Positions 53,655 to 62,831 of a DNA stretch of 64,000 nt are shown piece after piece; positions within the stretch are counted from its first letter, which is position 1, and every line of letters starts with the position of its first letter. The stretch spans positions 706,560 through 770,559 of the forward strand of contig CAVUQX010000004.1 of assembly GCA_963743835.1 (NCBI GenBank), written 5' to 3'. Made by a program: the position numbers and the translations under genes. The notes below the pieces were generated by a model that ran no database searches, had not been told where the DNA came from, and saw only the letters and a list, made by a program, of their open reading frames with translations. The DNA comes from Candidatus Dormiibacterota bacterium (GTDB lineage Bacteria > Chloroflexota > Dormibacteria > Aeolococcales > Aeolococcaceae).

Positions 53655-55370
53655 ATGACTGAGACCACCGAGGCTGCAGCCCCGTCCGGTGCGGGCGCCG
53701 AACCGGCCGCCCCCAAGCCCCCGGCGAGCGAGCTCGACCCTCGTCGCTGGCTCGCCCTGGCGAGCGTGATGACCGCGCTCTTCATGGTGCTGCTCGACGT
53801 CTCGATCGTGAACGTCGCGATCCCTGCGATCCGTTCCAACCTCTCCGCCAACAACGCCGACATCCAGTTCGTCATCGCCGGCTACGGCCTCGCCTATGCG
53901 GTGCTGCTCATCACCGGCGGTCGACTTGGTGACATCTTTGGCAGAAAGCGACTGTTCATCATCGGGATGTCGGGGTTCGTGATCGCCTCCGCGCTCTGCG
54001 GCCTCGCCCAGAGCGCGATCATGCTCGATCTCTCCCGGGTGCTCCAGGGCGCGATGGCGGCGATGATGTATCCGCAGGTCCTGTCGGTCATCCAGGTCAC
54101 CTTCCCACCCCAGGAGCGCGCTCGCGTCTTCGGCCTGGTCGGAGCGGTGATCGGCATCGCGACCATCACGGGACCGCTCGCCGGTGGGCTGATCATCCGC
54201 AACGACATCACCGGCCAATCCTGGCGGTGGATCTTCCTGGTCAACCTGCCGATCGGCATCGGCGCGCTGATCGCCGCAACCCGGCTGATCACCGAGTCTC
54301 GCGCTCCCAACGCCAAACGTCTCGACTTTGGCGGCGTGATCCTCTCCACCGCGGGGATCCTGCTGCTCGTCTATCCACTCGTCGAGGGGCAGGTCGCCGG
54401 ATGGCCCGCCTGGACCTTCATCTGCATGGCGATCAGCCCGGTGATGCTCGCACTGTTCATCCTGTACGAGCGGTCGCTGCCGTCGACCCGGTTTCCGCTG
54501 GTGCAGCTCTCACTGTTCCGGATCCGTTCCTTCAGCGTCGGGGTGGCGATCTCCGCGATCTTCATCGCCGGGATCCCCGCGTTCTTCTTCACCTTCAGCC
54601 TGATGGTCCAGGTCGGCCTGGGATTCAGCGCGCTCAACGCGGGCTTGACGACGATCCCCTGGAGCCTCGCCTCCGCGGTCGCATCCTTCATGTCGACCCG
54701 CGTTGCTCCACGACTTGGCAAGTACACGATCGCGATCGGATCGGCGCTGCTCGTGATCGGCATCCTCGGTGTCATCGGGACCCTGCACCTCCAGGGCACC
54801 AAGCTCACCGGGTGGGACCTGATCCCGTCGTTCGTGGTGAGCGGGCTCGGCCTCGGGACCGTCATCGCGCCGCTGCTCAACATCATCCTGGCGGGCGTGC
54901 CCGGTAGGGACGCCGGCTCCGCGTCGGGTGTGCTCACCACGTTTCAGCAGCTCGGCGGCGCCATCGGCGTCGCGGTTGTCGGCGTGGTGTTCTTCGGTCT
55001 TCTCACGAGCCGTGCACCCGATGCGATCGCATCGGTGACCCCGCAGCTCCAGTCGCAGCTCGCGGCCGCCAACGTGCCGCCTCAGGCCGCTTCGGCGCTC
55101 GTCGCGAAGTTCTCCACCTGCTTCAAGGAGCAGGCCTCCGCGAGCGATCCATCCGCTCCGATCCCCGGATGTTCACGGACGTCAGGATCACCCCAGGTGA
55201 CTGCGGCATTCGCGACCGCTGCGCAGGCCGGGCTTGCGCGCGACTTCGTGACTTCCGTCGAGCGAATCCTGTTCTTCAACGTCGGCTTCTGGGCGCTCAC
55301 CGGGATACTTTCGATGCTGCTGCCGCGGGCCCGGCCGCAACCGGTTGCCGGAGCCGCGCACGCCGCCTGA
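53655..55370 (+). CDS. MFS transporter, DHA2 (EmrB/QacA, 14-TMS) drug:H+ antiporter family
   Basis: ..[25 protein letters not shown].. and ..[15 protein letters not shown].. are DHA2 motifs. About 14 TM helices. Confidence 0.85.
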   Translation: MTETTEAAAPSGAGAEPAAPKPPASELDPRRWLALASVMTALFMVLLDVSIVNVAIPAIRSNLSANNADIQFVIAGYGLAYAVLLITGGRLGDIFGRKRLFIIGMSGFVIASALCGLAQSAIMLDLSRVLQGAMAAMMYPQVLSVIQVTFPPQERARVFGLVGAVIGIATITGPLAGGLIIRNDITGQSWRWIFLVNLPIGIGALIAATRLITESRAPNAKRLDFGGVILSTAGILLLVYPLVEGQVAGWPAWTFICMAISPVMLALFILYERSLPSTRFPLVQLSLFRIRSFSVGVAISAIFIAGIPAFFFTFSLMVQVGLGFSALNAGLTTIPWSLASAVASFMSTRVAPRLGKYTIAIGSALLVIGILGVIGTLHLQGTKLTGWDLIPSFVVSGLGLGTVIAPLLNIILAGVPGRDAGSASGVLTTFQQLGGAIGVAVVGVVFFGLLTSRAPDAIASVTPQLQSQLAAANVPPQAASALVAKFSTCFKEQASASDPSAPIPGCSRTSGSPQVTAAFATAAQAGLARDFVTSVERILFFNVGFWALTGILSMLLPRARPQPVAGAAHAA

Positions 55371-55424
55371 CATGAGGACGGGCTGCCAGTCCTCGATCGA
55401 GGTACCGGCAGCCCGCGGGGGAGA

Positions 55425-55625
55425 CTAGTTGGACAGGCCGTGGCTCACGTTGGAGAAGACGTTGTTCACGGTCTTGCCCAGCGTGGTGAGGATGACGATA
55501 ACGACGATCGAGATGAGGACAAGGATCAGCGCATATTCGATCATGCCCTGACCTTCCTGGTTATTCCTGAGCCTTTCCACAAGCTCACGGATGCGTTCCC
55601 CGACCTCCAAAACCCTGTTGCCCAT
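55425..55625 (-). CDS. flp: Flp-family type IVb pilin precursor
   Basis: A 66-aa ORF hidden inside the 208-aa ORF-track entry. GGAGA RBS about 9 nt before ATG 55625. ..NNQEGQGMIEYALILVLISIVVIVILTTLG is the Flp motif (G/xxxEY plus a hydrophobic helix). Confidence 0.7.
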   Translation of the reverse strand: MGNRVLEVGERIRELVERLRNNQEGQGMIEYALILVLISIVVIVILTTLGKTVNNVFSNVSHGLSN

Positions 55626-55692
55626 TTTTGATATCTCCGATAAAGACGTTTCCCCGTGTAGCGAGGCGACCCATTCAGAATGGGCGGTGATC

Positions 55693-56766
55693 TCAAACCC
55701 TTCCGGAAAGCCTGGTAACAGGTAGTCGCACAAGGATTCGCGTTCCGCTGACGTATTCGTCATCGAGTGTGATGGCCCCCTTGTGGGCGGAGACGATGGC
55801 GGCACAGATCGCGAGCCCGAGTCCGGCGCCACCGGTCTTGCGGGACCGCGATGAGTCACCGCGCGAGAACCGCTCGAAGATGACCGGACGCAGCGACGCT
55901 GGGATTCCGGGCCCGCTGTCGGTGATCGAGATGCCACATGAGGCCGGTGGAAGGGGCGCGAGCGCGACATCGACGCGCCCACCTCGTGGCGTGTAGGCGA
56001 GCGCGTTTTCGAGAAGGTTGTCAAAAAGGCGGCCGAGGAGCAGGGCGTCACCCTCCACCACCCCCTCGCAGTCGAGCTGTTCGGTCAGCGCGACGCCGAG
56101 CGTGGTCGCATGGCCCTCCCAGCGGGCGAACGCCTCCTCGAGCACGTCGGTGATGTCGATTCGCGAGATCGAGGTGATGAGCCCCCCGGCGTCGCCGCGG
56201 GACAGGGTCAAAAGGGACTCAGAGATCTTCACCAGGCGTTGCGTGTTCTTGAGCGCGAGCTTCACGGTCGCGGTGAGCTCGTCGGGTGTGCGGGGCTGCA
56301 GCAGGGTGATCTCGAGATCGCTCTGGAGTGCCGACAGCGGGTTTCGCAACTCGTGGGCCGCATCCGCGGTGAACCTGCGCAGCTGATCTGCGGTCGCCAT
56401 CTGGGCCTGGTCGCGAGCGATCAGCGACCGGACCGTCAGCTCGCTCAGGCACGCGGTCACCACCACGGCGACGAACTGGAACTTGGCGGTGAGCGGGTCG
56501 ACTGCGCCGGTGAGGGCGGTGACCAGGGTGATGAGCACGGCGGCTGCGGTGATCGACGCGGCGTACGGGGTCGGCAGCAGCCAGGTCGCGAAGAGCACCG
56601 CCAGCAACAGCATCCCGCCGAGGGTCGGGTTGTTCGGAACGGCGATCTCGATGACCAGAACCAGTGCGAGCATGGCCATGCAGCCGAGGAACAGGGTCAC
56701 GCGACCGACCAGCGGGGTCGGTTGCCGGGGGCTGAACGCGTCGCGACGCTTGATCACGGCGTTCAT
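55693..56766 (-). CDS. Sensor histidine kinase (HisKA + HATPase_c)
   Basis: Two N-terminal TM helices, H-box AAHELRNPLSAL, N-box LLENALAYT, G-boxes DSGPGI and GGAGLGLAI. ATG 56766 overlaps the response-regulator stop (ATGA). Confidence 0.85.
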   Translation of the reverse strand: MNAVIKRRDAFSPRQPTPLVGRVTLFLGCMAMLALVLVIEIAVPNNPTLGGMLLLAVLFATWLLPTPYAASITAAAVLITLVTALTGAVDPLTAKFQFVAVVVTACLSELTVRSLIARDQAQMATADQLRRFTADAAHELRNPLSALQSDLEITLLQPRTPDELTATVKLALKNTQRLVKISESLLTLSRGDAGGLITSISRIDITDVLEEAFARWEGHATTLGVALTEQLDCEGVVEGDALLLGRLFDNLLENALAYTPRGGRVDVALAPLPPASCGISITDSGPGIPASLRPVIFERFSRGDSSRSRKTGGAGLGLAICAAIVSAHKGAITLDDEYVSGTRILVRLPVTRLSGRV

Positions 56767-57458
56767 GACAGGGCTGCGGCTTCGCCGCTGATGAGGCGGT
56801 ATCCGACACCGCGGCAGGTCTCGATGAGCACCGATGCGCTCGCCGCCTGCAGTTTCCGACGCACCTTCCCGGCATACACCTCGACGAGCCCGGATTCGAC
56901 GGTCTGGGCATCGCCCCACACCGCGTCGTGGATCTGCTCCTTGCTGAGCACCTGGGCGGGGTGGCGGAGGAAAAGCTCGAGGATCTCGTACTCGCGGCGC
57001 GTGGTGGGCACGACGTCGCCCCCGACCGTGACCTGGCGGGCAGCGCTGTCCATGGAGAGGTTGCCCGCCTGGAGGACCTCGAGCTGTGGCGCGATCCGGC
57101 GGCGGCCCAGCGCTCGGACCCGCGCGAGGACCTCCTCGAAGTGAAACGGCTTGGCCAGGTAGTCGTCGGCGCCGGCGTCGAAACCGGTGAGGCGGTCCTT
57201 GACGTCGTCGCGGGCGGTGAGCATGAGAACCGCCGTCGGCGCCCCCTGGAGCCGAAGGTGGCGGCAGAGAGCGATGCCGTCGACGTCGCCACCGAGCATG
57301 ACGTCGAGGACGGCGACGTCATACGCCAGGCCGGAGCGGAGGGTCTCGATCGCCTCCTCACCGCTCAGGGCGACATCGACCGAGATCCCGGCCTCGGCGA
57401 GCCCGCGAGCGAGGCTTCCGGCAACCTCCGGTTCGTCCTCGACGACGAGTACGCGCAT
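56763..57458 (-). CDS. OmpR-family response regulator
   Basis: MRVLVVEDEPEV..DVAVLDVMLGG.DG..LTARDD..D.GADDYL.KPF plus a winged-helix C-terminus (..TRREYEILELF......GVGYRL). Confidence 0.9.
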   Translation of the reverse strand: MRVLVVEDEPEVAGSLARGLAEAGISVDVALSGEEAIETLRSGLAYDVAVLDVMLGGDVDGIALCRHLRLQGAPTAVLMLTARDDVKDRLTGFDAGADDYLAKPFHFEEVLARVRALGRRRIAPQLEVLQAGNLSMDSAARQVTVGGDVVPTTRREYEILELFLRHPAQVLSKEQIHDAVWGDAQTVESGLVEVYAGKVRRKLQAASASVLIETCRGVGYRLISGEAAALS

Positions 57459-57523
57459 GGCCGGCATCGTATGCATCGATCCCGGCCGGCACCGGCTTCG
57501 CGAGTGACTCGATACTTGGTCGG

Positions 57524-58114
57524 ATGAAGGACGTCATCGCGACCGGCGACGACCTGGCCATCCGGCGGGTGCGAGATGAGGACGGCGACTACGCTCGCCT
57601 GGTCGGCTGGCGGAACAGCCCGCACGTCAGGGAGTGGTGGGACCCCGACGAACCGCCGGTGACGTTACAGGGGGTGATCGAGGAGCTCGGCCTGCGCGGC
57701 GCCCGGGACGATCCGACCGTTCCATGCATCATCGAGCTTGCCGGCGAACCGGTCGGCTTCATCCAGTTCTATCCCTGGGACGCCGAAAAGGCCTACCTTG
57801 CCGAGATCGGGCTGAGCCTGCCCGAGGGAGCCTGGGGGCTCGACATCTTCATCGGCGACGGCCGCCTTGCGGGCCGGGGGATCGGGTCGCGGGCGGTCAG
57901 GCTGCTCTCCGACCATCTCTTCACCGTGGAGGCGGCCACGGTGGTCGCGCTGATCACCGAGGCCACCAACGCCCGATCCCACGCCTCGTACCGGCATGCG
58001 GGGATGCGGTTGTCCGGCGAGCCCTTCCTCGACGTCGACACCCGCGGCGGGCAGCGGGTGGAATCGATCCTCATGATCCGCGACCGGCCTGGCGGAACAG
58101 CTGGCGGGCGATGA
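57524..58114 (+). CDS. GNAT-family N-acetyltransferase (aminoglycoside-acetyltransferase-like)
   Basis: ..VGFIQFYPW... followed by IGDGRLAGRGIGSRAVRLLSDHLF (the acetyl-CoA-binding R/Q-x-x-G-x-G/A motif). Confidence 0.7.
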   Translation: MKDVIATGDDLAIRRVRDEDGDYARLVGWRNSPHVREWWDPDEPPVTLQGVIEELGLRGARDDPTVPCIIELAGEPVGFIQFYPWDAEKAYLAEIGLSLPEGAWGLDIFIGDGRLAGRGIGSRAVRLLSDHLFTVEAATVVALITEATNARSHASYRHAGMRLSGEPFLDVDTRGGQRVESILMIRDRPGGTAGGR

Positions 58115-59216
58115 TCTCGCGCTGCACCTCGGACGCACCCTCGTAGATACGCGTGCCACGGACGTCGCGGTAGAGGTGCTCCAGGAGGTGTCCGCGCTCG
58201 AGCGCCCGGGCGCCGTGCACCTGGATGGCCACGTCGATCGCGAGCATCGCCGTCTCCGTGGCGAAGAGCTTCGCCATCGCCGCGGCCTCGGTGTTCGGGG
58301 TGATCCCGGCGTCATGTGCGGCTGCCGCGGAGTGGACGAGCAGGCGGGAGGCCTGGACCCGGGTCGCGACGTCGGCGAGCTGATGGGTCAGTCCCTGGAG
58401 CGCCGACAGGGGGTGGCCGAAAGCCTGGCGTTCGGCGGCATGGGCGACCGCGGCGTCGAGCGCAGCCTGAGCCATGCCGACGGCGCAGGCGCCGACGCTG
58501 GGACGGAAGAGGTCGAGTGTCCGCATCGCAACGCCGAACCCCTGGTCGACCTCGCCGATGACGTTCTCCGCCGGCACCGCGACGCCGTCGAATTGCAGGC
58601 GGCCGATCGGGTGGTCGGCCACGAACGGGATCGGCTCGCCGGACAGTCCGGCGCTCTCACGCGGCACCGCGAACGCCGTGATCCCTCGCGCGCCGGCACC
58701 GGGGGTGGTCCGCGCGAAGACCGTGTAGACGTCGGCGTCCGGCGCGTTGGAGATGAACACCTTCTCGCCGGTCAGGCGGAACCCGGGGCCGTCGGGCTCG
58801 GCGGCGAGCCCGAGTGCGGCCACGTCCGAACCCGCATCCGGCTCGGTGAGCGCGAAGGCTGCGACCGCCTCGCCCGAAGCGACCCGCGGGATCCAGACGT
58901 CGACCACCTCGGGCCGGCCGGCGGCCAGGATTGGATGGGCACCCAATCCCTGGAGCGCGAAGGCGGTCTCGGCCGCCGTCGAATACCGTGCCAGGCCTTC
59001 GCGGACCAGGCAGAGGTTGAGCGCCGGGACCTCGCGACCACGCTCCAGCACCTCGGGGACGAGCCCATGCGCGGAAAGCGCCGCGACCAGCTCGCGGTTG
59101 ACCCTGCCCGGTTCACCGCCGTTCGCGATCGGCGCCAGGACGTCCCGCGCCAGCGCCTCGCTGCGGGCCAGCAGCTCGCGATGTCCCGCCGTCAGATGCG
59201 CGTAGGTCGCGCTCAC
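58071..59216 (-). CDS. Acyl-CoA dehydrogenase
   Basis: Full-length ACAD pattern: ..AFALTEPDAGSD.., ..GEKVFISNA.., ..ERQAFG.PL...Q......A.M.., ..YEGASEVQREIIAR. Confidence 0.85.
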   Translation of the reverse strand: MSATYAHLTAGHRELLARSEALARDVLAPIANGGEPGRVNRELVAALSAHGLVPEVLERGREVPALNLCLVREGLARYSTAAETAFALQGLGAHPILAAGRPEVVDVWIPRVASGEAVAAFALTEPDAGSDVAALGLAAEPDGPGFRLTGEKVFISNAPDADVYTVFARTTPGAGARGITAFAVPRESAGLSGEPIPFVADHPIGRLQFDGVAVPAENVIGEVDQGFGVAMRTLDLFRPSVGACAVGMAQAALDAAVAHAAERQAFGHPLSALQGLTHQLADVATRVQASRLLVHSAAAAHDAGITPNTEAAAMAKLFATETAMLAIDVAIQVHGARALERGHLLEHLYRDVRGTRIYEGASEVQREIIARQLFRQAGRGS

Positions 59217-59617
59217 CGGACGACGGCGATGCCGACCAGCTCGACGAGTGCCTTCGGGTCGAAGAGCTCGGCGATACCGAGCACCGCCATGGCAGGGTAG
59301 CGGCGGCCGAAATGCGTCCGCCAGACGCTCCCCAGCTCGGCCATGGATGCTCGATAGGCAGCGAGGTCGGTCACGAAGATCTGGAGCGAGACGAGATCGT
59401 CGGGCTGCCCCCCGGCGGCCTGCAGCGCGGCGACGAGGTTCCGGGCGGCGAGGTCGAACTGCTCGACCATCGACACCCCAAAGATGGTCCCGTCCGGCGC
59501 CTGGGCGGTCTGACCGCCGAGGTACACGGTCCGGCCCGGCGCCGCGACCACCGCGTGCGCGTAGCCGACCGGCGCGGGGAGGTCAGTGGCGGTGACGATC
59601 TCGTGCTCGGTGCTCAT
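59213..59617 (-). CDS. RidA/YjgF/L-PSP family protein
   Basis: ..APVGYAHAVVAAPGRTVYLGGQTA....G... ..LVSLQIFVTDL... ..PAMAVLGIAEL.. ATG 59617 overlaps the upstream stop (ATGA). The 300-aa ORF-track version is an artefactual extension. Confidence 0.7.
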   Translation of the reverse strand: MSTEHEIVTATDLPAPVGYAHAVVAAPGRTVYLGGQTAQAPDGTIFGVSMVEQFDLAARNLVAALQAAGGQPDDLVSLQIFVTDLAAYRASMAELGSVWRTHFGRRYPAMAVLGIAELFDPKALVELVGIAVVR

Positions 59618-60441
59618 CGACCCTCCCATCTCGGTGCGCGCCCCTCGGTCCAGGCGCGGTGATACTCGGCGTGATCGTGGCTGCCCATGAGCAGCGCCTG
59701 CGTCATCGCGTCGAGCTCGAGCGCTCCCGGCAATCCCATGTCGAGCTCGCGAGTGAGCAGCACCTTGGTCGCCGAGTAGGCGAGAGCCGGCCCATCGGCG
59801 AGACGGCGAGCCATGGTCAGAGCCGTTTCCGGGAGCACATCGTCGTCCACCACGGCGGTGGCGAGGCCGATCTCGAGGGCGCGCTCGGCGTCCACCGTGT
59901 CGCCGAGCAGCAGCAGCTCGCTGGCCCGCCCGAAGCCGATGACCCGAGGCAGCAGGTACGCGGACCCCATGTCCGCGCCTGCCAGCCCGACCTTGGTGAA
60001 CAGAAACGCGAAGCGGGCGGAGCGGGCCAGGAGGCGGATGTCCGCCGCGAGCGCGATCACCGCCCCGGCACCGGCGGCGATGCCGTTGACGGCGGCGAGC
60101 ACCGGCAGGGGACACTCGCGAAGCGCCCGGACCACCGAGCCGGTCATGCGCGTGAACTCGAGGAGATCGCCTGACTGCATCGACTGCAGGGCACCGATGA
60201 TCTCGACGACGTCGCCGCCCGAGCAGAATCCCCGGCCGCTGCCGGTGATCACGACCACGTGTGTGTCGCCGCGGTGAGGCAGCTCGGCGAGCAGGTCGCG
60301 AAGATCGGCATACACGTCGAACGTGAGCGCCCCGAGCTTCTCGGGGCGCGCGAGTGTGATCGTGGCGATGCCCTCGTCGACGCTGAAATCGAAATGCTGC
60401 CAGCGTTCGGTGAACCCGGCCGATGCCCGGAAGCGTGTCAA
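59614..60441 (-). CDS. Enoyl-CoA hydratase/isomerase (crotonase) family protein
   Basis: ..IATITLARPEKLGALT..VVVITGSGRGFCSGGDV.. (oxyanion-hole motif) ..LPVLAAVNGIAAGAGAVIALAADIR.. The probable TTG start at 60441 overlaps the upstream stop. Confidence 0.75.
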   Translation of the reverse strand: MTRFRASAGFTERWQHFDFSVDEGIATITLARPEKLGALTFDVYADLRDLLAELPHRGDTHVVVITGSGRGFCSGGDVVEIIGALQSMQSGDLLEFTRMTGSVVRALRECPLPVLAAVNGIAAGAGAVIALAADIRLLARSARFAFLFTKVGLAGADMGSAYLLPRVIGFGRASELLLLGDTVDAERALEIGLATAVVDDDVLPETALTMARRLADGPALAYSATKVLLTRELDMGLPGALELDAMTQALLMGSHDHAEYHRAWTEGRAPRWEGR

Positions 60442-62018
60442 GCCTCTCTGCCTCCCGCGCCGTCGGTGGGAGCGAGCACGCGGAGCGCGGCCCGATCGAT
60501 CTTGCCCGAGCCGGTGCGTGGCAGCTCGGCGACGATGCGCACCTCGCGCGGAACCTTGTGAGGAGCGAGGCGCTCGCGGACGAACTGGCGCAACCCCTCC
60601 GGGCTCGTCGCCGAGGCGGCCCGGAGCACCACCCAGGCCTGGCCGAATGTCAGCCCGTCGCGTTCGGCCGCCACCACGGCACATTCGACCACATCGGGGT
60701 GACCGCCGAGGCAGCGCTCGATCTCGGCGGGCGCAACCCAGATCCCGCCCACCTTGAGCAGGTCGTCGGCTCTGCCCCGATAGGTGAAGTACCCGTCGGT
60801 GCCGCGCTCCACGAGGTCGCCGCTCCTGACCAGCCCGTCGGCGTACGTCTCGGCGGACGCACCGGTATCCAGCCAGTACATCAGGGCTCCACTCTCGCCT
60901 CGGACCCAGAGCCGGCCGATCTGCCCGTCCGCGAGCGGTCGCCCGCCCTCGTCGACAACCTCAGCCTGGTAGCCGGGAACGACCTCGCCGATGGTCCCCG
61001 GGCGGACGCGGCCGGGCCGGTTCGAGATGTAGATGTGATACGCCTCGGACGATCCGATTCCGTCGAGCACCTCGACACCGAATGCCTCGTCCCAGCGGCG
61101 ATGGAGTGGCTCTGGCAGGGCCTCGCCGGCCGACGTGCACAGGCGCAGGCAGCTCAGGTCCTGGGACGCGGCGCTGGGGTGATCGAGCATCGCCTGCATC
61201 ATGGTCGGCACGTTGACGAGGATCGTCGGCCGGTGCCGCGCGATCAGTTCGAAGATGAGCTCAGTCGTCGTCCTCTCGGCGAAGATCACACCCGTCGCGC
61301 CGACGCCGAAGGGAAACAGCGCCGCGAGGTCGCGGGCGTAGCCGAAAAACAGCTTCGGCACCGGCAGGACGACGTCCTCTGCGCGGATGTCGAGCACGCC
61401 GCGGGCATATGCCCGATGGCTGAAGATCGGGCTGCGGGCGGTGTGGACGCAGGCCTTCGGTTTGCCGGTGCTCCCGGTGGTGAACTTCCAGATGACGATG
61501 TCGTCCTGCGCCATCGGGGCGGCGTCGAGGTCGTCGGGCTGGCGCGAGACCAGCGCTTCGAATGACACCTCGCCCTCGTGCAGATCGCTCGCGGCGGCCC
61601 CGACGACCAGCAACCGCGGGCGCGCGCCGCTGGCAGCCGAAGCTTCGCGCATCCGGTCGAGCGTCACCGCATCGACGACCACCACCGTCGCCGCCGTGTA
61701 GTCGAGGTAGTACGTGTAATCCTTGGGCTGCAGGAACGTGTACACCTCGGCGGTCACGGCCCCGATCTTCTGCACCGCGTACCAGGTGGCGACGAACTCC
61801 ACCGAGTTGGCCAGGGCCAGGAGTACCCGCTCGTGAGCCTGGACGCCGAGCTCGAGGAGCCCGTTGCCCACGCGGTTGCTGAGGGCGGAAAGCTCGGCAT
61901 AGGTGCAGCTGCCCGCCGGTCCGGTCAGCGCCGTCCGCTCTCCCCGCCCCTCGATCACGTTGCGGTCCAGGAAGGCCGTGGCCAGGTTGACGCCGGGCGC
62001 GGTTCCCACCGCGCTCAC
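60438..62018 (-). CDS. Aromatic-acid-CoA ligase (benzoate / 2-aminobenzoate / salicylate-CoA ligase-like, ANL superfamily)
   Basis: ..WKFTTGSTGKPKACVH.. (AMP motif), ..GDL.....DGYFTYRGRADDLLKVGGIWVAPAEIE.., ..LPRTGSGKIDR. Overall it resembles the benzoate-CoA ligase subgroup. I infer substrate class from neighbouring genes only. Confidence 0.7.
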   Translation of the reverse strand: MSAVGTAPGVNLATAFLDRNVIEGRGERTALTGPAGSCTYAELSALSNRVGNGLLELGVQAHERVLLALANSVEFVATWYAVQKIGAVTAEVYTFLQPKDYTYYLDYTAATVVVVDAVTLDRMREASAASGARPRLLVVGAAASDLHEGEVSFEALVSRQPDDLDAAPMAQDDIVIWKFTTGSTGKPKACVHTARSPIFSHRAYARGVLDIRAEDVVLPVPKLFFGYARDLAALFPFGVGATGVIFAERTTTELIFELIARHRPTILVNVPTMMQAMLDHPSAASQDLSCLRLCTSAGEALPEPLHRRWDEAFGVEVLDGIGSSEAYHIYISNRPGRVRPGTIGEVVPGYQAEVVDEGGRPLADGQIGRLWVRGESGALMYWLDTGASAETYADGLVRSGDLVERGTDGYFTYRGRADDLLKVGGIWVAPAEIERCLGGHPDVVECAVVAAERDGLTFGQAWVVLRAASATSPEGLRQFVRERLAPHKVPREVRIVAELPRTGSGKIDRAALRVLAPTDGAGGREA

Positions 62019-62806
62019 ACCCGCTGCGCCGCCTCGACGTGTGAGCGGATCAGGTCGACCAGGAGACGGCTGAGGGTGGCGAGCGTGCCGTCGCCCTCGG
62101 TCGCGGTCGCCTCGGCGGGCGCGCCGCAGTAGGCGCGATCCATGCCCATGGCGAGGAAGTCGGTCTGGCCTGCCGCCATGGCCGCGGGCATGTCCAGCTC
62201 GTAGGCGGGCAGCCGGCGCATCGTCTCGGCCTCGACGAGCTCAGGGCGCGTGGCGAGGACGAGCGAGGTCTCGTAGCGCCCGGCGTGAGCAGCCCCGCTC
62301 TTGAACTCGGGGGTCAGCTGCTCGGCGACGGCACGCCGGGTGAGATCCAGGAAGCCCGCCTTCGCCTCGTCGGCGGCGCGGCGGAGCGTGGCCACCTGGG
62401 CAGGCTCGAAGTGGCTGTTGACGATCACGTGGTGGCGGAAGCCCTGGGCGCGGAGGGACGCGCACACCTCGACGACCATCGCGTGCAGCGTGTCCTCGCT
62501 GATCGTCACCGCGCCGGTGAAGGCCGCCGAGTAGCGGGTCACGCCGAATCCGATCTCGGGCAGCACCAGCGCTCGCACGGCGCGGTCGTCGGCGAGCGCC
62601 ATCGCCGCGCGCTCACAGATCGCCGTCGAGATGATCGAGTCGGTGCCGAGCGGCGCGTGGGGGCCGTGCGGTTCCACCGCGCCGACGGGCAGGAGCAACA
62701 CGGGCACCGGTCCGCTGTCGAGCAGCGCTCGGGCGCGCGGCGAGGTCAGATCGGCGAAATGGATCGACGCAGGCATGCTGAGGACGCCACATTCACGACG
62801 TTCCAC
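62015..62806 (-). CDS. Creatininase-family amidohydrolase
   Basis: ..VLLLPVGAVEPHGPHAPLGTDS.. is the creatininase-family metal-binding motif. The start is 62806 or ATG 62776. Confidence 0.65.
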   Translation of the reverse strand: MERRECGVLSMPASIHFADLTSPRARALLDSGPVPVLLLPVGAVEPHGPHAPLGTDSIISTAICERAAMALADDRAVRALVLPEIGFGVTRYSAAFTGAVTISEDTLHAMVVEVCASLRAQGFRHHVIVNSHFEPAQVATLRRAADEAKAGFLDLTRRAVAEQLTPEFKSGAAHAGRYETSLVLATRPELVEAETMRRLPAYELDMPAAMAAGQTDFLAMGMDRAYCGAPAEATATEGDGTLATLSRLLVDLIRSHVEAAQRV

Positions 62807-62831
62807 ACTTTACAGTTGCGCCCAGACTCAC

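Noticed and set aside
52053-54218. A 721-aa minus-strand ORF.
   Set aside because: It is a chimera. Only 52124-53087 (frame-corrected) is a real aldo-keto reductase. The upstream two-thirds is antisense to the small membrane protein and the MFS transporter and is Arg/Asp/His-rich nonsense.
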